Shown here piece by piece: positions 35,364 to 42,218 of a DNA stretch of 64,000 nucleotides. A program made the translations under genes and the position numbers. Position 1 is the stretch's first letter. Every line of letters starts with the position of its first letter. The notes beneath the pieces were generated by a model. That model had not been told where the DNA came from. It worked only from the letters and a program-made list of their open reading frames with translations, and did no database searches. The DNA is taken from assembly GCA_023128895.1 (NCBI GenBank), contig JAGMDC010000011.1, positions 31,820 through 95,819 of the forward strand, written 5' to 3'. The stretch comes from Candidatus Parcubacteria bacterium (GTDB lineage Bacteria > Patescibacteriota > Minisyncoccia > Minisyncoccales > JAGMDC01).

Positions 35364-36769
35364 ACTGTTTCTTTTTTAAATTTTCTTTTGGTAATCTCTC
35401 TGTCAATCCAATAGGCCAAAAGAGTTGCTAAGGCCAAAACAATAAAAATCCAGAACGGAACGCAAAAACATTCAAGTAAGAACATTAAAATTGCCAAAAT
35501 TATTGGAATTAAACAACAAATAAGCCAAATAATTCCTTGCTTTCGGAAATGTTTTTTCAATAATACATTATATTCTTTTTTGCTTTTTTGCAAAAAGGTT
35601 ATTCCCTCTATTAAAGGATAAATGGCAAAGAGCAAAATTAACCACCAAGGCAGACAAGAGGGAAACTTTAGCGCGGCTAATAAACTAGCTAAGAAAGGAG
35701 TTGGAGAGGGTTCTTCAACTATTTCTTCCTCAACTATTTCATCTTTCATTGGTTCTTCTTCCTTTTTTTCAGGTTCTTTTGGTTCTTCAGGCGCTGCCTC
35801 TACCGGCGCTATGAATATTTTTTCATCAATTTTTTCCTCCTTTTCCTTCTCCTCTTCCTTCTTTTCTTTTGCTTCTTCCTTTTTCTCTTCCTCTTCTTCT
35901 TCCTCTCCTATTACACAAAGGGTAGTAAACTCATATTCCGGGCTTATATTCAATGAATATGGGCTAATTCGGTAAGAAACAACACGATAATAATAATCAG
36001 TGCAAGGCTCAATGTCAGGAAGAATAATCGTATGGAAAGTTTTTACTGCGGAATCCTCTGGCACAGGATAAATATGAGCATAGCCGTAATAAGGCGAGTC
36101 ATCAGGATTAAAATCACGGCTTTCGTGTTCAGCTGAATAAATCACCTGGCTTGTGGCGAAAAGAGTGGTCTGCCAGGTAATAGTTGCTGTATTTTCAGTG
36201 ATATCTATTGATTTTACATTAAAAATTTTAAGAGTAATCGGAACTCCGCCGCCGGTGCCTGTCTGAACGCCTAATGTTGTGACTGTGGTATCTTCATCTT
36301 CTTCTTCTTCTTCTGATGAAATATCTCCGATGACCAAATCAAATTGAAGGGTTTCTCCCTGATATTCATTACCTGCCAAAAGAGCAAAGGTAATATCAAG
36401 GTCGTATTGGGTTTGCGCGCCATTAGCAAGAACGGAAAGGTCAATACTGGTTTGAGAAAATAAATGGGAAAGAGTATTGCTGTAAAGAGTGCTGGCTCCT
36501 TCTTTAATTTCTAAATTAAGAACATCGCCTAAATGGGCAGGGTCAGTAACATTATCCGTGTAAATAGATATTGTTCGAGGTTCCGCGCCATTATTTTCAA
36601 CTTTTATCCAGCCGTCAGAACTGTCTCCGGGTAAAAAATTTGTTTCTGTAAATAATGGGTCTTGCTCAAACTGCATTTCTAATCCATTCTGCGCGCAAAC
36701 TGAAAACCCTGTGAAGCTAAAGCCAAGGATAAGTGATAAAAATATTAAATTGGCGCTGTGTTTGGTCAT
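35360..36769 (-). CDS. membrane-anchored protein: TasA-like beta-sandwich segment + Fn3-like module + acidic spacer + multi-TM C-terminus
   Basis: 469 aa with a signal peptide. FLPGDSSDGWIKVENNGAEPRTISIY resembles the TasA-family PGD..N.G strand pair. ATITWQTTLFATSQVIYS..YYYRVVS is shared with the vWA protein. E/K-rich tracts follow, then about 4 C-terminal TM helices. Confidence 0.6.
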   Translation of the reverse strand: MTKHSANLIFLSLILGFSFTGFSVCAQNGLEMQFEQDPLFTETNFLPGDSSDGWIKVENNGAEPRTISIYTDNVTDPAHLGDVLNLEIKEGASTLYSNTLSHLFSQTSIDLSVLANGAQTQYDLDITFALLAGNEYQGETLQFDLVIGDISSEEEEEDEDTTVTTLGVQTGTGGGVPITLKIFNVKSIDITENTATITWQTTLFATSQVIYSAEHESRDFNPDDSPYYGYAHIYPVPEDSAVKTFHTIILPDIEPCTDYYYRVVSYRISPYSLNISPEYEFTTLCVIGEEEEEEEKKEEAKEKKEEEKEKEEKIDEKIFIAPVEAAPEEPKEPEKKEEEPMKDEIVEEEIVEEPSPTPFLASLLAALKFPSCLPWWLILLFAIYPLIEGITFLQKSKKEYNVLLKKHFRKQGIIWLICCLIPIILAILMFLLECFCVPFWIFIVLALATLLAYWIDREITKRKFKKETV

Positions 36770-36786
36770 TGAATTTAATATAAGGG

Positions 36787-38790
36787 TTATTCTGCTGGGG
36801 CGGGCGCTGGTTCGGGCGCTGGCACAGGTTCAAGCGCTGGCGCAGGTTCGGGCGCAGGTTCGGGCGCTGGCGCAGGTTCGGGCGCTGGTTCAGGCGCTGG
36901 CGCTGGTTCAGGCGCTGGCGCTGGTTCAGGCGCAGGTTCAGGAGCTGGTTCTGGCGCTGGCGCTGGAGCAGGTTCAGGCGCTGGAGCTGGTTCGGGCGCT
37001 GGTTCAGGCGCTGGCGCTGGTTCAGGCGCAGGTTCAGAGGCTGGTTCGGGCGCTGGCGCTGGTTCAGGTGCTGGAGCTGGTTCGGGCGCTGGCGCTGGTT
37101 CGGGCGCTGGCGCTGGTTCGGGCGCTGGCGCTGGTTCAGGCGCTGGCGCAGGTTCTGGCGCTGGCGCTGGTTCGGACATTGGTTCTGGTTGTCCTACCCC
37201 ATTGTCCACAGGATTTTCAACTGGCAAGAGTTCTGGCGGAGCTGGCGGTTCAACTGGCTCAACTGGTTCAACTGGCTCAATAGGTTCTGTCGGTTCTACT
37301 GGCTCAACTGGCTCAACTGGCTCAATCGGTTCTGTCGGTTCTACTGGTGCAACCGCGCCAACTGATCCAAGGGGTTCGTCTGGTTCTGGCGGTTCAAAAA
37401 CTCGAGGACCTGTAGCAGAATCTTGAACCATAAAGTTCTCCGGACCGTAAGCAATTACTTTTACCCAAACATAACCATAATAGCAATAAGAGCCCCGTAT
37501 ATAAAGACGATAACTTCCTGAATTTGCTATATGATCAGCCACAAGATAAGTTCTGTCTCCGCTGCTAATTCTTCCATTTCTATCATTATCAGTAATATAA
37601 ACAATATCAATCAATAACTCATTATCATCGCCATTAGGATTTGTTGCTGACCAGTTAATTGTATAAGTCCGTCCACAATACCAATAGCCGCTGTGATAAT
37701 AAGAAACAGATACAATAGGCGGCGCTAAATCTTGAAAATCAGACGGTTGGTCAGTATCATACCCGTCCGGGACCCTTCCGAGCATATGTCCTTCGTCAAC
37801 ATCAGGACAGCCCATTGGAGTCCAAACTCCTAAATTATAATTCAACCAATTAATATCAGGAATTCCCCAATTCATTTGGTCAATAATATTGTTATGATTA
37901 TCTCTTAAAACGAGCATATCAGCGGTATTATCCAAGCCATTGCCAATAGTCCCGTCAGATAAAACAATTTTCACAACATCCGCGGGAATCTCCCAATAAT
38001 TCCAAGTGCTTGCGTTTCCTGTAATCAACGCGTAACCATAAGATGGAATAATAATACTTGAAGCAGATAACACATCTAACCCGGCATCGTCTTCAATGCT
38101 CCAGTTCATAATATCTATTGACTCATCGCTGTCATTGTAAAGTTCTATCCATTCATTTGCCGGCTCTGTCCCATGGTCTGAATCAACATCGTAATAAACC
38201 TTGTTAATAACAAGTTTTGGCAATTCAGGAGCACAAATTCCTGAAGTGATAGTATTTTCAATTTCCTCTTCGTCGTGAAATCCGCCTCCTTCTAAATCCA
38301 CTTGCCAGCCGGAATACAAAAACTTAAAAGAGCAAACTGATTCTTCCGGAAATCCGTCAATTAAAGTAGCGGTAAAATGCCATTGATGAGGAACAATGCC
38401 ATTAGGTTCTGCAAATAGAAATTCCTCACAATTAAAACCAATTAAATTGCCTTGGCATTCTGATACTCCTCCATCTAAATTCGCCTCTAAAATAATGTAA
38501 CTACAGAGGTCTCCAGAAAAATCAGTTGTCTCAATTTTATAACGAAAAGGATTGCCATTATTCAACAGGTCAATAGTTCTCTCAGCCGTTAAACAAGTCA
38601 TTTCCGGCATGAAATCCTGGGGCGAGGATAAATAGAAATCCAAGGCCCCGGCAATCAGGGAACTGTCAGTAGAACTTTCAGGGTCGTCAAAATAAGCAAA
38701 AACCTGTTTTGTTTCTAAAGCAAAAGCCGCCATCCAAATTACTGCTAAGACAGCGCAAAAAATACCTATTTTGAACGCTCTAAAATTCAT
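36787..38790 (-). CDS. secreted protein: TasA/SipW-type N-terminus + lamin-tail domain + Ig-like domain + (PAPE)n tail
   Basis: 667 aa. [27 protein letters not shown]. The LTD motif is [37 protein letters not shown]. The C-terminus carries ~140 aa of PEPAPA and PVEPTEPIE repeats. Confidence 0.75.
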   Translation of the reverse strand: MNFRAFKIGIFCAVLAVIWMAAFALETKQVFAYFDDPESSTDSSLIAGALDFYLSSPQDFMPEMTCLTAERTIDLLNNGNPFRYKIETTDFSGDLCSYIILEANLDGGVSECQGNLIGFNCEEFLFAEPNGIVPHQWHFTATLIDGFPEESVCSFKFLYSGWQVDLEGGGFHDEEEIENTITSGICAPELPKLVINKVYYDVDSDHGTEPANEWIELYNDSDESIDIMNWSIEDDAGLDVLSASSIIIPSYGYALITGNASTWNYWEIPADVVKIVLSDGTIGNGLDNTADMLVLRDNHNNIIDQMNWGIPDINWLNYNLGVWTPMGCPDVDEGHMLGRVPDGYDTDQPSDFQDLAPPIVSVSYYHSGYWYCGRTYTINWSATNPNGDDNELLIDIVYITDNDRNGRISSGDRTYLVADHIANSGSYRLYIRGSYCYYGYVWVKVIAYGPENFMVQDSATGPRVFEPPEPDEPLGSVGAVAPVEPTEPIEPVEPVEPVEPTEPIEPVEPVEPVEPPAPPELLPVENPVDNGVGQPEPMSEPAPAPEPAPAPEPAPAPEPAPAPEPAPAPEPAPAPEPAPAPEPASEPAPEPAPAPEPAPEPAPAPEPAPAPAPEPAPEPAPEPAPAPEPAPAPEPAPEPAPAPEPAPEPAPALEPVPAPEPAPAPAE
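36790..37345 (-). repeat. GC-rich hexa/dodecanucleotide tandem repeats encoding PAPE and PVEP tracts
   Basis: ggcgctggttcaggc-type units, in frame within the 667-aa ORF. This is the most G+C-rich stretch in the window. Confidence 0.9.
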
Positions 38791-38941
38791 AGTTTGGTTT
38801 GAGGTTTTTTATCTTAAACCCCCTTTATCTTAGGATAAAAGCACGACATTAAGAAAAATCTACGGATTTTTTCAATGCCTGAGTTCCAGAATATGTTATG
38901 TCCTACGGACGAACAAATTTATAAGACTAACATCTTGTGTC

Positions 38942-39715
38942 CTAGGGACAAGTAGGCCCTCCGAGTGCACTTTGGTTATTTTGAGTTTGGACAACCATAA
39001 AGCTGACATCCATTGTCATACTATCTGTTTGAGCTTCATTGCCAATGCTTAGGCCGTTACAAGTGTAATTAGGACCCTCAAAAACACCAAAACACCACTT
39101 AATACCCACATAATAGTTACTGCAAGGAACGAAAGGATCAATAACGCAGCAAGGACCTCCATCAAGCCGCCATATCTCGCAGGCATCTAAAATTTCTCCA
39201 TCGTGCATTATTCGCTCTCCAGCTTCATATATATTGTCTCCATCATCCATCCAGATAAGAAAGTGCATATTCTCATATAATTCTCCTTCATTTACTCCAG
39301 GGTCGCCGCAACTAGTATCTACTTTTCCTTCCGGTTCATTACAACCATTTTCGTTATCCACTACATTGCCAATCTTTAACCAAGCCCAAGCAGGATTATC
39401 ATAAAGATGCAAACTAATGGTGTCTTCTCCCCAGGCGCCTGGTTTAATATCGCCAAAATAAAAAAACTTATGGACTCCGTCTTGTAAATCCGTAAGCGCC
39501 CAATTAGCTTTCATGCCGCCAACTCCTTCCCAAGGACAATTATTAATCCCGCCATTCCAACTGCATTGGTTGTCAATCTCCAAATTAATTTCTCCGGCAG
39601 TGAAAGTGTTGCCAGTACTGGTTTCCGTGTCGCTGAAATACGCGACAGTGCCGCCAACAGCAATTACGCCAACTGCGGCAATAATTGATAAACTAATTAA
39701 TATTGCTTTATTCAT
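38942..39715 (-). CDS. TasA/CalY (camelysin)-like secreted protein, paralogue A
   Basis: 257 aa. MNKAILISLSIIAAVGVIAVGGTVAYFSDTETSTGNTFTAGEINLEI closely matches the CalY/TasA N-terminal consensus. The mature part is Cys-rich. Confidence 0.8.
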   Translation of the reverse strand: MNKAILISLSIIAAVGVIAVGGTVAYFSDTETSTGNTFTAGEINLEIDNQCSWNGGINNCPWEGVGGMKANWALTDLQDGVHKFFYFGDIKPGAWGEDTISLHLYDNPAWAWLKIGNVVDNENGCNEPEGKVDTSCGDPGVNEGELYENMHFLIWMDDGDNIYEAGERIMHDGEILDACEIWRLDGGPCCVIDPFVPCSNYYVGIKWCFGVFEGPNYTCNGLSIGNEAQTDSMTMDVSFMVVQTQNNQSALGGPTCP

Positions 39716-39913
39716 TTTATTTTAATCAACGAAATATAAATCGGGAATTACAAATTTTATTATTCGTAATTCTTAATTCTTTATTCGTGATTCTATCTAT
39801 TATTTTCGACCTTTATATGCGAATTCTTTCCTCCTTAGAATTCAAACCTTAACTCGCTGTTATTATCTGAAACGACCTAAGGTTTGAATTTACCAGATGA
39901 AAATTCAATAATT

Positions 39914-39947
39914 AAAAAAACTCCCTTGCTTTTGCTAAGAAGTTTTT
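39914..39947 (-). terminator. terminator-like leader hairpin, second copy (candidate attenuator)
   Basis: Same block as 27404-27437 (aaaaaaactcccttgcttttgctaagaagttttt), located between the promoter at 40015-40042 and the ATG at 39715. Confidence 0.5.
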
Positions 39948-40014
39948 GTAATACGAAAATTTTTTGTTGAAAATTTTGTTTTCATATGTCAAAAATTATC
40001 TGTCTGTATTGTGA

Positions 40015-40042
40015 AGTTTACTCATTCCAAAAACCTTGTCAA
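40015..40042 (-). promoter_or_regulatory. island promoter block, copy 4
   Basis: The minus strand reads GGGTTGACAAGGTTTTTGGAATGAGTAAACT, identical in core to copy 1. Confidence 0.6.
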
Positions 40043-40082
40043 CCCCCACACCTAATCTGGTAATCCAGATTAGGTGTGGGGG
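40043..40082. repeat. 40-nt GC-rich hairpin, copy 2
   Basis: cccccacacctaatctgg-taat-ccagattaggtgtggggg, directly abutting the -35 of the promoter block. Confidence 0.75.
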
Positions 40083-40307
40083 TCAAGGGTTGGCGCATAG
40101 GACGATGTCTGGGGGCCAGGAATAGGGAGGAAAAAGTCCTGCGCAAAAGCGCAAAACAAATCATCTATTCAAGGCGCCCAGATATTGTCCTTTTTGTCCG
40201 ACCCTGTCCTAATGAACCCAGACTTTTGTAAGGTATCAAACCCTACACGAAGATTTATATGTTTACCCCGCCGCTTAATAGTGGGGTATTAAAAAGTCTG
40301 GGGTACA

Positions 40308-40362
40308 TTTTCGCGTTCGCTCGGAAGTCCAAGCGAGCTTGCTCGCTTGAACTTCCCTCGCT
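40308..40362. repeat. flank-hairpin-flank element, copy C
   Basis: gcgttcgctcgg-aagtccaagcgagcttgctcgcttgaactt-ccctcgcttcac. The flank pattern is shared with copies at 42156, 15797 and 45313. Confidence 0.45.
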
Positions 40363-40395
40363 TCACTTGAAAATAAAAAGAACATAATTTTCAAT

Positions 40396-40554
40396 GAGAG
40401 GGTGGGACAATATCTTTCGTAGCGAGAGTTTCAAAATTTGAGGCAAATTTTTCAAACAATTTTTGAAACTTAATATTGTTAAGTTGAAAAAATTTTTGGG
40501 AAATTTGACCGAATTTTGGAAATCGCAGCAGAAAGAATATTGTTCTACACTCTC
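40396..40554. mobile_element. MITE family 1, copy 2 (inverted relative to copy 4)
   Basis: gagagggtgggacaatat..atattgttctacactctc. The interior matches the reverse complement of 49972-50130, including the central cttaacaatattaagtt loop. Confidence 0.8.
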
Positions 40555-40639
40555 ACAATGTCCTAATATTAAAAATAAACAAAATTTTGTCAATACCTTT
40601 TATGTCCTAATGTCCCACATCGCCTTTACGGACAATAAA

Positions 40640-40686
40640 ACAAAACCCGTCTTTGTTCAACTGTACAAAGACGGGCTTTGTTTTCT
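40640..40686. terminator. bidirectional intrinsic terminator
   Basis: aaaacccgtctttgt-tcaactgt-acaaagacgggctttgtttt, with T-runs on both strands. Confidence 0.65.
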
Positions 40687-40691
40687 AAAAT

Positions 40692-40818
40692 AATCCCGCA
40701 ATTATCCCGCAATTTATCCCGCAAGCAAACGGCTCAAATGCGGCTCAAAATGCGGATCAAAATGCGGATCAAAATGAAAAAGTTTAACGGACAAATAACG
40801 GACATTTTAACGGACACT
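40692..40818. repeat. iteron-like cluster of three different short direct repeats
   Basis: Three copies of ATCCCGCAA, four of TCAAA(A)TGCGG and three of TAACGGACA occur in 127 bp. The last unit overlaps the stop of the wHTH ORF. Confidence 0.7.
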
Positions 40819-41047
40819 AGATATTAAGTTGGTAGTACGCGTCTTTCTTAGTCCCCACTTTAGCTAATAATTTTACTTTAACTAAATCAGATAAATACCT
40901 TCTGGCGCTTCTTTGAGTAATATCTAAAATATCCTGAACATCGCTACTGGTTATTTTGCCCATTGTCATCATGAAATCAATTATTTTAATCTGGTTTTTG
41001 TCAAGATATACCTGTCCGCCAATTTTCTTTTTCATTTTAATATCCAA
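40817..41047 (-). pseudogene. C-terminal winged-helix fragment of a MITE-split Fic gene
   Basis: The 76-aa ORF (TTG start) aligns with the C-terminus of the intact Fic paralogue (KNQIKIIDFMMTMGKITSSDVQDIL vs YKQIKVVEFLQKQGKITNRQIRDLL). The frame stays open up to the MITE at 41079. Confidence 0.8.
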
Positions 41048-41079
41048 ACTTAAAGGAATAATAGCATCTTTGGTATATT

Positions 41080-41239
41080 GAGAGTGTAGAACAATATCAT
41101 TTCTACTGCGACTTCCAAAATTTGGTCAAATTTCCCAAAAATTTCCTCAACTTGTATTCTATACAGGTTTCAAAAATTATTTGAAAAATTTGTCTCAAAT
41201 TTTGAAATTCTCGCTACGAAAAATATTGTCCTACACTCT
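41080..41239. mobile_element. MITE family 1, copy 3, inserted in a Fic gene
   Basis: 160 bp, gagagtgtagaacaatat..atattgtcctacactctc, flanked by ATATT/ATTTT. Removing the MITE plus one 5-bp flank restores one continuous Fic ORF. Confidence 0.85.
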
Positions 41240-42059
41240 CATTTTTCATTTCAGAATTAAATCCCTGGATAAAATATTCCAGCCAATTAGTCATATCGCC
41301 CTTCATCCGTTCTTCATAATTGTCGCCCAGATGAATTGCCTTATAATACGCGGGACGATTTTTATTGTAATAACTTTCTAAAGCGAATAATCTGCGGAAG
41401 TCATAGCCCCTTTGATAAAGAATAAGGGTCGCTAACAAGCGCGCGGTTCTGCCGTTGCCGTCAGCAAAAGGATGAATAGCCGCAATTTCAGAATGCGCGA
41501 CTCCAGCTACAATGATTGGACAAATATGATTTTTCTTAGTTTGGTTCATATAATTGACTAAATTTTTAGCCAATTGCGGGACTTGTTTCGGGTCTGGGCC
41601 GGTATAAGATATTTTAATAATTTTATTGCCTCTGCGGCTCACGACATAAACTTTGCGCTTTCTAAAACTGCCGCAGTTGTCTTGAGCAATAGTATTTTTT
41701 GTTACTAATTCGTGAATTTTCAAAATGGTCTTAATGGTAATTTTTTGCTTTTTCTGCGCAAATTCGGAAATAAAATACAGCGCGTCGCGGTAATTTTTGA
41801 CTTCAAAAATATCCCGTTCAGGAGCATCAACCTTTTCATTGGATAAAACTTTTTCCACTTCATAACGATTCAATATATTTCCCTCAATGCTGGTAGAGGA
41901 ATGAATCATTCTTATCATTGCTTGCCGCCTTAGTTTCAATTCTTGTTTGGGAAGAATCGGCGTATGTAAAATCAATGATTTGATTTCAGCGATCTCCATT
42001 AAATCATTAAGGATTTGATGCGTGATTGTATATTTTGGAGTAAAGATATTTATTTTCAT
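41214..42059 (-). pseudogene. N-terminal Fic-domain fragment of the MITE-split Fic gene
   Basis: 281 aa with the Fic motif HPFADGNGRTARLL. The last 8 codons (ESVGQYFS-stop) are read from MITE sequence. Confidence 0.8.
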
Positions 42060-42155
42060 TGTTTTATTATTTCATTATAGCGTAAAAATTAGCGAATATC
42101 AATTCGCTATACCACATTTACCTGCAAACGAAGTGCCCCCTTTGGTGTATTTTTT

Positions 42156-42218
42156 GCGTTCGTTCGGAAATACAAACAAACTCGCTTCGCTCGCTTGTTT
42201 GCACTTCTCTCACTTCAC
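42156..42218. repeat. flank-hairpin-flank element, copy D
   Basis: gcgttcgttcgg-aaatacaaacaa..ttgtttgcactt-ctctcacttcac. It overlaps the permease stop codon. Confidence 0.4.

Noticed and set aside
36790-37345. Highly regular short GC-rich repeats that at first glance resemble a repeat array (CRISPR-like or satellite).
   Set aside because: The units are 6-12 nt with no unique spacers. They lie fully in frame inside the 667-aa ORF and translate to PAPE/PVEP low-complexity tail sequence. No cas genes are present.
40363-40693. ORFs of 65-85 aa reading through MITE copies: 40363-40593, 40463-40693, 41181-41381, 11614-11832, 11714-11911, 11829-12026 and 61699-61998.
   Set aside because: Their similarity to each other (for example LKLSLRKILS and MSEATSPQ) comes only from the shared repeat DNA. 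They have no start context and cross element boundaries.
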